From the human T2T-CHM13v2.0 reference genome, Homo sapiens, in assembly GCF_009914755.1 (NCBI RefSeq), contig NC_060940.1: a DNA stretch of 64,000 nucleotides, one strand, 5' to 3'. The position numbers and the translations under genes are program-made. Shown here one piece after another: positions 1-16,810 of the stretch (the stretch's first letter is position 1; each line of letters starts with the position of its first letter). The notes under the pieces are model-generated. The model searched no databases. It worked only from the letters and a program-made list of their open reading frames with translations, and was not told the origin of the DNA.

Positions 1-48
1 CACAAACTGGAGAATCAAAGATGAAAAAAGACATGGTCCCTGGTCTCA

Positions 49-249
<201 letters not shown>

Positions 250-889
250 TCAGGAGGTTGGAAAATCTCTCAACTTGATCTTTTAGCTCATTTTCAGCTG
301 AGTCTATTCTGCTATGTACCCTACCTATTAAGTTGTGGAGGGTTTATTTTATGGTGGTGATAATATTTTTAATATTTTTAATTTCCAAAAAGAGTGGTTT
401 ATTTATTAGCGGTTTCTTCTCTCTGATAATATTAATTATAATTATTTTAAAGTCTTTTGATTGCTTTATGAATTCTGTTTTTTGGGTACTCATTTTTCTA
501 TTTGTTGAGTTTGATGCTTTTGTGTGTGTGTTGTGTTTCCCAACTGTTGATAATTCTTAGGTATCTATTAATACTTATCCTTGGAAGTTGTAATTGAATA
601 TCTGTCTATATCAGTCCATCTATCATTTATCTATTTTGTAGTTCAAAAGTAAATATTGGGTCTCCTAATGACAGACCACTAAATTAGGAAAGGATAATAT
701 GTTTGCCTTCTAAGTAAGAGGAGCTCTCAGGGTCATTGTAACTTACCTGAAATACCTCCCTCCTTCTTTGGCCCCAGTTTCAGAAGTCCCATTTCAGAGA
801 GCTCTACTCAAGGCTTTATCCTGGTGGTGGGGGTGGGGAAGGTAATGACAGCTTCTGAGTCAGCATATGTGGGAGAAGATCTTTTTCTT

Positions 890-1580
890 TTATTTTTCTT
901 AACTTTGTATTAAAATGTAGCATATATTGGAAAGTTCCTCAAGTTAACATATTCTTATAACCAGCACCAAGATCAAGAAACAGAACAACTAGGGGCCTTG
1001 CATCCCCTTCCAGTCACTGCACCTCCAAGGGTAATCATTGCCTTAACATCTATTACTGTAGATTTATTAAATATTATTTGATTAAAATATTATCTCTTAA
1101 AATATTATCAATGGAATCATATTCTTTCATATCTGACTTCTTTCATGTAGCATGTTTGTGAGATTAATCCACCTTGTTCTGTGTGGTTGTGGTTTCTTCA
1201 TGCTTGTTGATGTATAGCATTTCACTTTATGAACAAACATTTATCTATTCCTTTTCCTGTTGATGTACATTTGGGTAGTTTTCAGCTTGAGGCTATTGTT
1301 AGCAGTACTTACTCATATATTTTGATGAACATATGTATGGACTTCTTTTGGAACGGGAGTTGTTGGGTCATAGGGTAGCTACATGTTGGCTTTAGAAGAT
1401 AGGGCCAACAGTTTTCTACAGTGATTGGGCCATTTTACACTTCTGTGAGGGGGTTCCACTTGATTCACAGCCTTGCCAACGCTTTTCTGTCCTTTTCATT
1501 TTAGCCATTCTTGTGGGTGGTATTGCATTTGGGTTTTAATTTAAATTTTCTTCATGACTAATGAAGTTGGAGGCATTTTT
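890..1580 (-). mobile_element. Old L1M (L1ME-like) 3' fragment
   Basis: Typical antisense L1M 3' text: AATGGAATCATA...CTGACTTCTTTCA..., GTTGCTGGGTCATAGGGTA-like, TTAGCCATTCT. Confidence 0.75.
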
Positions 1581-1599
1581 AGGAGTTAAATTTTCTATG

Positions 1600-3297
1600 C
1601 TCTTTTTTTCTCAGCTTTTTATTATGAAAATCTTAAAACACAGAAAAGTTGAAAGGCTGGCATAATGAAAATGCATATACTTAGTACCTAGAGTTAAACA
1701 ATTGTTAGCCTTTTGCTATATTTGCTTCTTGTGCATGTGTGTGTGTGTATATATATACACATATACATACATATATATAATTGTTTTGCTGATCCATTGT
1801 AAAGGAAGTTGCAGTCATAATTACACTTGACTCATAATTACACCATTATCTCCTAGAAATAGATATTTTCTACATAACCATAAAACCATGATCATATATA
1901 ACATAATTAACAATAATTTCCTAAAAATACTATGTAACAGTCTGTGTGCAAGTCTCCTCAGTTGTCCCCAAAGTACCGGTAATCTACTTTTTTGAACCAG
2001 AAGCTAATCAAGGCCAAATCCTTGCATTTGATTGTTATAGCACTTTAAACAGATCCCTGATTTTCCCCACCTCCCACCCACGACATTGATTTTTTGGAGA
2101 GCCAAATTCTGTTCCAGTTGTCTATATAAAATTTTTTAAAACCCCAAAACCTTAGTGGCTTAAAACAATTATTTTATTATATTTTACAATTTTGTCGATC
2201 ATAATCAGGCAGGGCCCAGTCAAGTGATTCTTCTTTTTCACATGACATTGACAGGGTCACTTGGTGGTATCCACTTGTCATATGGACTGGTCTGGAGGCT
2301 CCAAGATGGCTTCTGCACACTCATGTCCAAGACCTTGGTTGGGATGGCAGGAAGGCTGTGATCAGCTGGGACTGTCCACCAGAGCATGTCCATGTAGCCT
2401 CTCTGGCTAGCATGGCCCCAGAATGGTCAGTTTCCTTACATCCTGTCTCCTGGCTCTGAGGACAAGTGTTTTGGAGACCAGAACAGGAGCCACACTACCT
2501 TTTATGACCCAGTATCAGGGGTCACACAGCATCACTTCCATCAGGCTCTGTTGTTTGAAGCAGTCACAAAGCCCACCCAGATGCAGAGAATTTGCAGCTA
2601 CGTTTTTAAAGCTGCAATGATCTGTTCTTCAGTCACAAATAATTTGCCTTTTTCTCACATGCAAAACACACACCTTTTTCCAAGATTCCTCCAGACTCTC
2701 ATTCCATTAGGACACCAGGCTCAGGCTGTTTGAGATCAGCCCTTCTTTATTGTGGGCTCCCCATGAGGCTGCTGTAGAAGTCTTAGAAGTATTATTGTCT
2801 AGCTGACATGGGCTAAGAGGCACGCCCTTTGGATTCTTCAGGAATTTCGGATATAACTAAGAGGACACACAAAAAGCACCATTTTAAGTCTTTCTGAGGC
2901 CATTAACAAGGGTCTTACAGTTACGTACTGGATTTCCTGAGACTATTTTCCTAGTATTATTCTTGTAGAATGTTCCCCATTCTGATTTTGTCTGCTTGTT
3001 TCCTCTTGGTGTCATTTAACTTTTTTCAAATCCCCTTCCCTCACCTCCATATTTCCTGCAAAATTGGGTCTAGAGGCTTGATTTGATTAAGGTTGAATAT
3101 TTTGGCAAGAATACTTTGTAGGTGATTTTGAATACATTATACTGCATGATATCTATAGGTATATCATGGCAGGTTGTCCTACTATTAATACGTTAGGTTC
3201 CATCACTTGCATATGGTGGTGACCCCCAGGCCTCTCCATTGTAAAAATGTACATTTTCTTCCTTGTGACTTTCATGGAATTTGTGGGGTGATGCCAG
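1600..3297 (-). mobile_element. L1MC4/5-like 3' end, interrupted by an MLT1 element; its 5' truncation point abuts U6
   Basis: T-rich tail at ~1601-1621 followed by ATTATGAAAAT...CAGAAAAGTTGAAAG. Resumes after the MLT with CTTGTAGAATGTTCCCCATTCTG and runs to TTGTGGGGTGATG at ~3293. Confidence 0.7.
2109..2950 (-). mobile_element. MLT1 (MLT1H-like) LTR plus internal fragment; paralog at ~8181-9330
   Basis: CCCCAAAACCTTAGTGGCTTAAAACAA, CTGGAGGCTCCAAGATGGCTTC and GTCACACAGCATCACTTCCA are MaLR motifs. Confidence 0.7.
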
Positions 3298-3298
3298 G

Positions 3299-3400
3299 AA
3301 AAATACGAAATGTTTCAAAAATTCATGTCATCCTTGTGCAGGGACCATGCTAATCATCTTGGCATCCTTCCAATTTTAGTCTGTGCTATGGAAGCATGTC
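3299..3400 (-). pseudogene. U6 snRNA retro-pseudogene, copy 1
   Basis: Reverse complement aligns end to end with U6; + strand shows ATGTCATCCTTGTGCAGGGACCATGCTAATC and TTCCAATTTTAGT. Heavily diverged, no PSE/TATA promoter seen. Confidence 0.92.
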
Positions 3401-3421
3401 CTGCCCTGGCTCTCGAGAATT

Positions 3422-3952
3422 TGTAACTGTAATCGGTTCTTTGCCTGATGCATGTGGCAAGTCAGTATGCTAAGACATTGAGTTGCAGCAGAGAAAGAGG
3501 TTTAATCATAGGGCCACCAAATAATAAAGATAGGAGAAAATCTCAAATCTGTCTCCATGAGGAGTTTGGGGCTAGGGATGTTAAGGGTTTTGGAATGGGC
3601 CAAAGTGTGGAGATGGTCGATTGGTCAGCGAGTCCAGGGTGATGTCATGGGGCAGGGAGATAAAGAAACTGTATCTGTACATTGATTTGGTTCTTCTGTG
3701 GGATCTTTGAAGTGGTTGGCATCAGCTACTCCACTAGAATTAAGGATCTGTTTAAGTCATTCTTAAACAAAACCCTTATGATTCTAACATCAGAAATTTC
3801 ATCTGTAGAAACAATGGGGATACAAATGGTCAACATCTAGTGCTCCATGAATTCTGGCTACAAGGAAATGAGTCAAATTGCAGCCTGACTAATGCTTAAT
3901 TATAACTATATTTCTGTCCAGAACTCTTGTTAACCCTGTGAGGACAGCTTCA
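3422..3952 (-). mobile_element. Solo ERV1-class (MER4-group-like) LTR, present only in duplication copy A
   Basis: TG...CA termini with a 4-bp TSD-like AATT/AATA. The empty site GAATACAGC is present at ~9805 in copy B. Confidence 0.8.
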
Positions 3953-4433
3953 AATACAGCTCTTCTATCTCTTGTGCCAGCACCTGCTCCTGCTCCAGAT
4001 GTCTGTTGACTTAGGCTTAAAATATCCCTGAACTTCCCTCACTCCTTGGTGGTCATTTTGCCTACCTTTGGTTAAGCCATGTTCGTCTTTGCTCCAGATT
4101 TGCTGTCAATCAGATCTCACCTGCTCTCTATCCTCCAGAAATTCCTGTATCCTTCTGGTCTTCTGGTGGCCCTCTTTATTTTGTTCATGTGTTTTTGTGG
4201 GTTTCATGTGTACATAGGAAATACTCACAGAGAGACAGAATGTGTTGTGTAAGGAGACTTGAGGCAGGAAGTAGGGAGGTAGTGTATGTGCTTGTGTTCA
4301 GTCAGACATCTCTGGCCAACCTTTGCTTTTGAGAAACTATATCCCAGGGCAGAAATGAGGAAGTGTCACATGTATCAAATCATTACGTTGTATCCCATAA
4401 ATATATACCATTATTGTCAATTAAAAATTTTTA

Positions 4434-4731
<298 letters not shown>

Positions 4732-4789
4732 TTTTTAATTTAAATTAAATAAAAGATAAATATCAGAGGATGAAGATAGAAACCAGGTT

Positions 4790-5166
4790 GTTATGGATTA
4801 TATTATGCTCTCCCTAAATTCATAGTTTGAAGCCCTAATTCCCAATGACTATATTTGGAGATAGCATCCTTAAAAAGGTAATTAAGGTTAAATGACATCA
4901 TAAGGGTGGAGCCCTAACCCAACGTGACTGGTGTCTTAAAAGAAGAGAAAGAGACTCCATGGATGAGTATGCACAGAGGAAAGCCTATGTGAGGACAGAG
5001 CAAGAAGGTGGCCATCTGCAAGCCAACGTGGGAGGCCTCACCAGAAACAAACCCTGTGGACACCTTGATATTGGACTTCCAGCCTCCAGAACTGTGGGAA
5101 AACTAATTTCTGTTATTAAGCCACTCAGTCTGTGATACGTTGTTATGACTCCAGCAGACTAATACA
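4790..5166 (+). mobile_element. MLT1A/B LTR (complete here, truncated at ~10610 in copy B)
   Basis: TGTTATGGA...GAAGCCCTAA...TAAGCCACTCAGTCTGTG...GACTAATACA. Confidence 0.85.
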
Positions 5167-5561
5167 CATAACATGAAAGACGTGACCCCCAGGAAGTGAC
5201 TTATCCAGGAATTCAGAATTTATTCTGTAACCAGTGGGAAGCCATTTGGGTCATAAGCAGGGGAGTAACAGGATCAGAACTTGGAAGTAGGAAGATCATT
5301 CTCAGAGTTGTCCAAAGGAACTCCAGAGCGAGGAGACAGTAGAGGCAGGGACACCAATTAGAAGGCATTTTAAGCATATGGGTGAGAAATGATGGCGGTT
5401 GAACAAAGGCAGTTGGGGCAGATAATATAATAACAAGGAGGTAGAATCAGCAGAATTTGTTGACTGGTTGGATGTGGGGAGGTAAGAGAGTAAGAAATAC
5501 CAAATTCTTCCCAGGCTCCTGAATTGCAGCTAGTAATTGAAATGAACATTTATTTGTTCAT

Positions 5562-6120
5562 TGCAGGTAGTAACTGCAATGAACATTTATTTGTTTTCTA
5601 CCCAGCTTCCTTCTTCCTAAAAGTTTCCAGATTGTCACTCAACACAATCTCCCAACCTCTCTTGTCGTACAGCCCATGTGCTTTGGAGAAACTGAACTCT
5701 GCCTTTGCTTTAGAGGTGGGCCTGGACTGACTTACACTAATTAGCACATTCCATGGCTGTCACTGTAGTTTTTGGTTCAGGAGTAAAAATGTGATCTAAA
5801 TCTGCCAATCAGTGAATGCCAGAACTGTTTATTGGAATACTGGGACTGAAGTGCCCTTTCCCACTTGACAAGAACAGGGAGGTGGATAGACCTGACTTAA
5901 TTGGCAACCATCTTGTGACCCAAGACCCCAGGAAAATGAGCCATAGACTGGAGCTGACCTTAAGCAGACCAAAGCAAGGATAGACCCCCAGTGGTATCCT
6001 CGGGCTATTGGATCAACCAACCATGAAGTCCTTGACTCTCCTGTTATAAAGCCTAGAAACCCCCTTCTTCTTTAAGCCAGTTCAAATTGGATTTTTATGT
6101 TACTTGCCATATAAAGATAC
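5562..6120 (+). mobile_element. Old MLT1 (J/K-like) LTR
   Basis: GCAACCATCTTG...TTTAAGCCAGTT...TGTTACTTGC terminal motifs. Confidence 0.55.
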
Positions 6121-6444
6121 AGGTTAGTTACTGCTTTAGCACAGTAGGCAGCGCATCAGTCTCATAAAGATACAGGTCATTGGGTAGATGGTGGAGCCAT
6201 TAACCAGGAAATGCAAAGCAAAAAGAAGGACTGGTTTGAAAGGAGAGATGCTTTGTCCTGAACTTGCACAATCCCACATCTTTGCTTGATGTTGATCCTT
6301 GGGCCTGGAAAGTCCTACTCATACTCTAAGGCCCTATTCTGATGATCCTTCCTCTAAAACATTGTAATCCCCTCTTATATCCAGCTGAGAATTCACCATG
6401 CCTTCTGAACCTCCATACATTTTGGACATGGCTCTATCGTTGCT

Positions 6445-6737
6445 TTTTTTTTAAGTCTTGCTCTGTTGCCCAAGCTGAAGTGCAGTGGTGTGGCATGTTC
6501 ACAGCTCATTGCAGCCTCAACCTTCTGGGTTCAAGTAGTCCTCCCACCTCAACCTCCTGAGCAGCTGCTACTACAGGCATGCATCACCACACTCAGATAA
6601 TTTTTTTTAAAAGTTATTTTTATAGATGGGATCTTGCTATGTTGCCCAGGTTGGTCCCAAACTCCTGGGCTCAAGTGATCCTTCTGCCTCAGCCTCCCAA
6701 AGTTCTGGGATTACAGGCATGAGCCACTACACCCGCC
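6445..6737 (-). mobile_element. AluJ
   Basis: Antisense dimer with J-type positions. Confidence 0.88.
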
Positions 6738-7612
6738 TATTGCTGCTTTTATCACCTCATGTTACCATGTTCTCCCCTGGGTGCTGACTGACCTCCCTAA
6801 CAGTCCAGGACATATCATACTCATCTATATGTACAGGTTTGCAGCCCCAATGCATCTAATAGGCACCTAAACATCTTGATGAGTAAATAAATGCTGTTTC
6901 CCCCATTTTCTCCTCAAACTAATGAATCTGCTCACCACACAATTCATTTGGACTGAGAGAAACCCACTATCAGACCAGCAAATAAATTACTTATCAAGTT
7001 ATCAGAAAAATCTGAAAATATAGGAATGGTAGGAAAGGGTAATTTTGTAGGATTGAAAACACAGAAAAGCAAAACTTGGATGAACAAGTACCTCTATAAT
7101 AATGATGCAATATGTTTACATATGTTGGCTTTAGTAGCCACAGCCAACAGTTTTCCACAGTGGTTGGACCATTTTACACTTCTGTGAGGAGGTTCCACTT
7201 GATTCACAGCCTTGCCAACGCTTTTCTGTCCTTTTCATTTTAGCCATTCTGGTGGGTGGTATTGAATTTGGGTTTTAATTTACATTGTCTTCATGACTAC
7301 TGAAGTGGGAAACATTTTTATGAGTTGATTTTCTCTGATCTTTTTTTCTCAGCTTTTTATTATGAAAATCTTCACCCACAGAAAAGTTGAAAGGCTGGCA
7401 TAGTGAACATGTGTATACTTAGTACCTAGATTCAAACAGTTGTTAGCTTTTTGCTATATTTGCTTCGTGTATGTGTGTGTGTGTATAATTGTTTTGCTGA
7501 TCCATTGTAAAGTAAGTTGCAATCATAATGACACTTGACCTATACACCAGTATCTCCTACAAATAGACATTTTTCTACGTGACCGTAAAACCATGATCAT
7601 ATCTAACACAAT

Positions 7613-7964
7613 TGATATGGTTTGGCTCTATGTCCCCACCCAAATCTCATCTTGAATTGTAATCCCTATGGGTCAAGGAAGGGAGGTGATTGGATCATGG
7701 GGGCAGTTTTCCCCCATGCTGCTCTCATGATAGTGAGTGAGTTCTCACAAGATTTGATGGTGTGAAAAGTGACAGTTTTTTCCTTCTCTCTTCTCCCTCT
7801 TGCTGCCTTGTGAAGAAGGTGGCTGCTTCCCCCTCTGTCATGATTGTAAGTTTCCTGAGGCCTCCCCAGCCACGCAGAACTGTGAGTCAATTAAACCTCT
7901 TTACTTCATAAATTATCCAGTCTCAGGGAAGTTATTTATAGCAGTGCAAAAACAGGCTAATACA
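7613..7964 (+). mobile_element. THE1D/MSTA-type MaLR LTR, copy-B specific
   Basis: TGATATGGTTTGGCTC...CCCAAATCTCATCTTGAATTGT...GCTAATACA. Empty site at ~1903 in copy A. Confidence 0.9.
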
Positions 7965-8540
7965 TAATTCACAGTAATTTCCTAAAAATACTATGTAATG
8001 GTCTGTGTGCAAGTCTCCTCAGTTGTCCCCAAAGTACCTGTAATCTACTTTTTTGAACCAGAAGCCAATCAAGGCCAAATCCTTGCATTTGATTGTTACA
8101 GCACTTTAAACAGACACCCCCCCCCCCCGCCATTTTCCCCATCCCCCACCCATGACATTGACTGTTTGGAGAGCCAAATTCTGTTCTAGAAGTCTATATA
8201 AAGATTTAAGAAAAAAAACACCCCAAAACTTTATTGGCCTAAAACGATTATTTTATTATATTTTACAATTTTGTCGATCGTGAATTCAGGCAGAGCCCAG
8301 TTAAGCAATTCTTCTTTTTCACATGACATTGACAGGGTCACTTGGTGGTATCTACTTGTCATTTGGACTGGTCTGGAGGCTCCAAGATGGCTTCTGTACA
8401 CTCATGTCTGAGACCTTGGTTGGGATGGCAGGAAGGCTGTGATTAGCTGGGACTGCCCACCAGAGCATGTCTATGTAGCCTCCCTGGCTAGCATGGCCTC
8501 AGAGTGGTCAGTTTCCTTACATCCTGACTCCTGGCTCTGA

Positions 8541-8998
<458 letters not shown>

Positions 8999-9686
8999 TA
9001 AAACTGCCATGGTCTGCCCTCTGGCCACAGATAATTTGCCTTTCTCTCACATGCAAAACGTGCACCCCTTTCCAAGACTCTGCCGAGGTCTTATCCCATT
9101 GTGACATCAGACCGGGCTCTTTGAGATCTGCCCTTCTTGGGCTCCCTGTGAAGCTGCTGTACAACTACACCCTCAGGAGTCCTCGAAGCATTGCTGTCTA
9201 GCTGAGAGGTGCTAGGAGTCATGCCCTTTAGATTCTTAGCCCTTTGTGTAACTAAGAGAGCACCATCCTAAATCTTTCTGAGGTCATTAACAAGGGTTGT
9301 AACAGTTATGGATTCCCTGAGATAATATTTTACTAGCATTGCCCTTGTAAAATACTCTACATTCTGATTTTGTCTGCTTGTTTCCTCTTGATGACATTGA
9401 ACTTCTTCTCAAATCCCCCTCCCTTACCTTCATATTCCATGTAAAATTAGGTTTTGATGCTTAATTGGATTCAGGTTAAATATTTAGGTACAAATACTTC
9501 ATAGGTGATTCAGTGTACATACTGCATGATATCTATAGGTACATCATGTCAGGTTGTCCTGTTATTAACAGGTTAGGTTTCTTTGCTTGCATAGAGTGGT
9601 GACCCCAGATCTCTCCACTGTAAAAATGTACATTTTCACCTTTGGGATCTTTGTGATTTGCGTGGGATTTGTGGGGTGGTGCTATG

Positions 9687-9788
9687 AAAAATGCAAAATG
9701 CCTCACAGATTCATGTCATTCTAGTACAGGGGCTGTGCTAATCATCGCAGTATCCTTCCCACTTTAGTTTGTACTGTGGAAGCAAGTC
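9687..9788 (-). pseudogene. U6 snRNA retro-pseudogene, copy 2 (paralog of copy 1)
   Basis: ATGTCATTCTAGTACAGGGGCTGTGCTAATC...TCCCACTTTAGT. Same flanks and same small deletions as copy 1. Confidence 0.88.
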
Positions 9789-10673
9789 CTGACCTGGCTC
9801 TTGTGAATACAGCTCTTTCATATCTTGTGCCAGCACCTGCTCCTGCTGCAGGTATCTGTTGACTAAGCTGGGAATATCCCTAACCTGCTCTCACTTCCTT
9901 GGTAGTCATTTGCCTGCCTTTGGTTAAGCTGTGATCGTCTTTGCCCCAGGTTTGCTGTCAATCGGATCCGTCTGCTTTCTATCCTCCAGCAATTCCTGTA
10001 TCCTTCTGGTCTTCTGGTGGCCCTCTTTATTGTGTTCCTGTTTTTGTGGGTTTCATATGTACATACTGAGAGACAGAATGTATTGTGTAAGGAGATTTGA
10101 GGCAGGAAGTAGGGAGGTAGTGTGTGTGCTTGTGTTCAGTCAGACCCCTCTAGCCAACCTTTGCTCTTGGGAAACTATGTCTCAAGGCAACGATGAAGAA
10201 ATATCACATGTATCAAGTTATCACATTGCACTATACATATATATGTATATGTATGTATATATATCATTATTATTTGCCAATTAAAATTTCAAAAATAAAC
10301 TTTAAAAAAGTTTCAGAACATGAAGATAGAGACCAGATGGTTATGGACTGTGTTTTGTGTCCCCTCAATACTTATAGTTTGAAGCCCTAACCTTTAATGT
10401 GACTAAATTTGGATACGGAGTCCTTTAAAATGGTAATTAAGGTTAAATGAGATCCTAAGGGTAGAGCTCCAATCCAATATGACTAGTGTTTTAGAAGAAG
10501 AGAAGACTCCAAGGATGCATGCACACAGAGGAACAGCCATGTGAGCATGCAGCGAGACGACAGCCATCTGCATGCAAGGAGAGAGGCCTCAGAGAAACTA
10601 GCCCTGCCTGATGAAGTTGAATTAACAGGTACCTCTCTTATAATGATGCAATCGCTACTTCTTTGCAAGTTAA

Positions 10674-10678
<5 letters not shown>

Positions 10679-10713
<35 letters not shown>

Positions 10714-10723
10714 TACACACACA
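10679..10723. repeat. (CA)n microsatellite
   Basis: Visible ACAC run with two interruptions. Confidence 0.95.
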
Positions 10724-11321
10724 TGCAATATCTCTCAATATATAAGATGGGTTAACAATTCCTGTTAGTGCTGCTGAAGACTGTGGGAAGAATCTAAAAT
10801 TGGTGCTACCCACACACAAGGTCGCATCATGCCCATCAATTTATTTTGATCTCATGGAAGGCGTTTTGGAGCAGTGCTCAAGAAATAGCTCAACTAAAAG
10901 GACATTTAAATTATGTAAAAATGAACTCCAATGATTTAGATCTATTAATCTTACATAGTAAGATTTCAAACGTGGTACTGTAATTTCAAAACTCACAAAA
11001 AACTGTAATAATTTGATCTCATAGGAGATAAATTCTACCTGATTTTTCGCAGGAAAAAGTTGGAGAACAATACTTTATCACCTTCAAGTATATTTGGTAA
11101 CTGGAACTGAAGGGGAGACAAGTGTAGCCAAGCCTAGACCAAGGATGCCCATCAATAATGACAGCTATTTAACAAATGTTCCTTGAGTGCTTGCTATGTG
11201 CCAGGTATTCTCTGAGGTGCTGAGGATGCAGCACTAAACAAACATATGAATAAATGATGATAAGAAGGACATTGATTGAGCTCTTATTGTGGGCTAGGCC
11301 CTGAGCTCAGTGCTGTGTATA

Positions 11322-12471
<1,150 letters not shown>

Positions 12472-12597
12472 TGTATTAGCTTATTTGTCCCACCTGCACC
12501 ACAACTCTGTGAGCTACTATCATTATCTCCATTTTACAGATACAGAAGCTTCTGAGAGGTAACTGACCCAAAGTTACAAAGCCAATTAAAGTGGTAA

Positions 12598-13790
<1,193 letters not shown>

Positions 13791-13847
13791 AACAAGATAA
13801 GTAAAATATATAGTTAGAGACTGATCAGTACTGAAGGGAAAACGGGG

Positions 13848-14224
13848 TGTCTTAGTCCATTCTGTGCTGCTGTAACAGAATAGCTGAGACTGGGTAATTT
13901 CTAAAGAACAGAAATTTATTCTCTTATAATTCTGGAGGCTGGGAAGTCCAAGATCAAGGCACCAGCGTCTGATGAGGGCCTTCTTGCTGTCCTCACATGG
14001 TGGAAGTCAGAAGGGCCAATGGGACAAATTCTGTGTCCTCACATGGCATGTGTAGAGAGAGAACCCACTCCTCCAATCCCTTTCTATAATGGCATTAATC
14101 CATTCTTGAGGGTAGAGCCCTCATGATCTAAACACCTCCCATTAGGACTCACATCCCAACATTATTGTATTGGGGATTAAGTTTCCAATGCATGAATTTT
14201 GGGGGATACAGTCAAACCATAGCA
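13848..14224 (-). mobile_element. MST-type MaLR LTR
   Basis: TGTCTTAGTCCATT...CTGGAGGCTGGGAAGTCCAAGATCAAGG...CAAACCATAGCA. Confidence 0.85.
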
Positions 14225-16279
14225 GGGGATATCAAGTGTGTGAGTCATTAAAATTGTTGTTAAATAGTTAAAATTTTAGATAGGGTGGCCAGGGAAGACC
14301 TCATCGAGACAGTGACTTTTAAGTAAAGACCTGAAAGGGACAAGCCATGTGGAAATCCAAGAGAAACACAATTCAGGTAGTGGAACAAACAAGGCAAAGC
14401 ACTGAGGACCGAGTGTGTCTGGGATGCTTAAGGAACAATAGGGAGGTCATGGGCAGAAGCAAGAAGACTAGAGAGCTAATGCAAAAATCCAAGCAAGAGA
14501 TGATGGTGGCTTAAACCAGAATGATGAGAAATGGTCAGATTCTAGAAATATGAATGTTAAGTCAACATTTGCTGATGGGCCATTTAGCTGATGGGCCATT
14601 ACAAAGTGTAAGGGTTAGGGGAGGAGATCAAGGAAAACCCCCAAATTTTGACCTGACCAAGCAACTGGAAGGATGGCGCCCAATACATTTCTTTTTTCTT
14701 TCTTTTTCTTTCAATGAACCATGTGTACAGTTTTTCATATTTCTTCTTTTTCTCCCCACCCCCAGATTTGCATTTCTGTCACTTGCACCACAACCTCCCC
14801 ACTCAATGAAAGAAATTTAGAAAGCACTGGTATTCAAAAGAACAGACGTAAAACTGCTTGAGGTTTTGCTCATCTAAAGCCTGTGTGTTCTTTGGAGGCT
14901 ATGACTTTTGAGGGCAAGTCATAAAAGCTAAAGAGGCCCCTGCCCTGTTCACCAAAACACTTGTTCTAAGTTCTAAAACACTGTAGTTCTATGATTCTGA
15001 AATCTTGAAAGGATTACAATGAAAAAAATACTCTGTTTTCAAGAATCCAGCAGACACTTTTCAGAATACTAAATTTTGTATATTGTAAATATACCAAATA
15101 TACTGTGAATATTATCAGTATAATGCAATTCTGTTCAGCATAATACTGGTACATTGATTGGTTGGCTGGGTGCCAAGGAACACAGCTTTCTCAGGGAACA
15201 GAAATACTCCTGGTTCTTAGGATTTAAGCTATTAACACATATCTATGCTTGAAAACCACATGCCACTTTTGTTAAATGAATTGATGCAGTTCAGCATCAT
15301 AAGCTCAAACATTCACTAATTTCACCTTTTTCTGATTTATTCACTTGTTTATTAGTTCAAGGAGAGGACAGTTTAAATAGAACAATATATACACAATGAT
15401 AGTTTCATGATGAGCCAAGACATTAAGTAAGACAAACAAGGCAATCTGATTTTATGTTAAACATTGGCCTGTTACTGTATTATTAAAATAATAGTGGTAT
15501 TTGAGTTTGGAGCCAGTATTGTGGTCTCTGTACAAAAATAATGCCTTTCTTTGGCATCAATAAATCAGTATGCATCTATCTTAATTATATCAGCATAAAA
15601 AATAGCTTACTCTCCTTGGCAGTAAATAACATTGCCTTCAATTAGCCAAATTATATTTCTGTCTCAAACTACATCCAGTACCATATATTCCATGTCATCA
15701 GAGAAATTCTAAATTATCACTGCAGATTGTGTTTATTTTTACATTGGACTGTATCACAAACTGAACATTTAAAATATGAAAAAGGAAAAAACCTTCATAT
15801 AACTGCCTCTCAGTGTGCCTCCTCTCTAAAGCTTCTAGGCTGCTTTCTCCACTGGGCTGCAGACCTTCCTGTCTAGTAGCTCTTGGACACCATGTGTCCC
15901 AAACTGAACTCATCCCTTCCCTCCAGCTGCCCCTATTCCTGTGTTCTGTGTATCTATTCATGACATGTCCATCCACCTGGTCAGCCACGTTCAAAACTTG
16001 AATCTTTTGACTACTCACTATACTTCACTTCCTATATCCAATTGGTTGCCAAATACTGCCCACTGAACAGCTTCCAAGCATCTAATCTCTCTCTTCTTTA
16101 TCTACTGCTGGAATTCTCTTCCTGAAGCCCAGATTTATGTTATTATTTGCCTTACATTTTCCTCCCATTTTCTATGGAATGGCCTAACTCCTTAGAATGG
16201 TACCAAGATTTTCCACAGTTTGGCCATTCCTTTCCACCCCACTGCACCTTGTTTTCATTGTCCTCAGAATTTCATTTAT

Positions 16280-16810
16280 AAAGGTGACTGGGTGATGACA
16301 ATCAATGAATTAGTGGCCAATGCCTTTGAAAATTTTATTATAGTTCTCAAGAGAAGGGGCTGTGCCTACGGCCACACGAGAAAGTATTAGGGTCAATGAG
16401 GAGGTAGAGAGAGCGAGGAGAAAGCCCAGAGCCTTTATTGCCGTGGGAAGGAATGGGCGAAGCAGGGAAGGGAAGTCTGAACAAGCTTAGGATTGAATAA
16501 TTTGAATAATGTTGGCAAGCTCTGGGATATAGAGGTGAATTTTAGTTGTCTGGTACTTGGCCATGGGGTGGTTTATTACAGTGACTTGGGGCAGGGAAAA
16601 TATTGGTGTGTGAGATGGATAAAGATGGTGTGGGGATATAGGCTTGGGTTGGTTGGTTTGTAAATGAAAGGGGTGTTCACAAGCAAGTTGTTTGCTATCT
16701 CTAGGAATTAGCTAACTCTGAAAGGGGCAATTCCTCCCCAGGTCCCCAAGGCCCCAAGATGTCAAAGCATCATAAAATACAGAAAACAGAAACTAAAATC
16801 CATGGTTAAT
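16280..16810 (-). mobile_element. MER54/MER74-like ERVL LTR
   Basis: GCTATCTCTAGGAATTAGCTA and GGCCCCAAGATGTCAAAGCATCATAAAATACAGAA. Confidence 0.6.

Noticed and set aside
3299-3400. Functional U6 snRNA gene
   Set aside because: The ACAGAGA box region is mutated, there are internal deletions, and no upstream PSE/TATA is seen. The same holds for 9687-9788.
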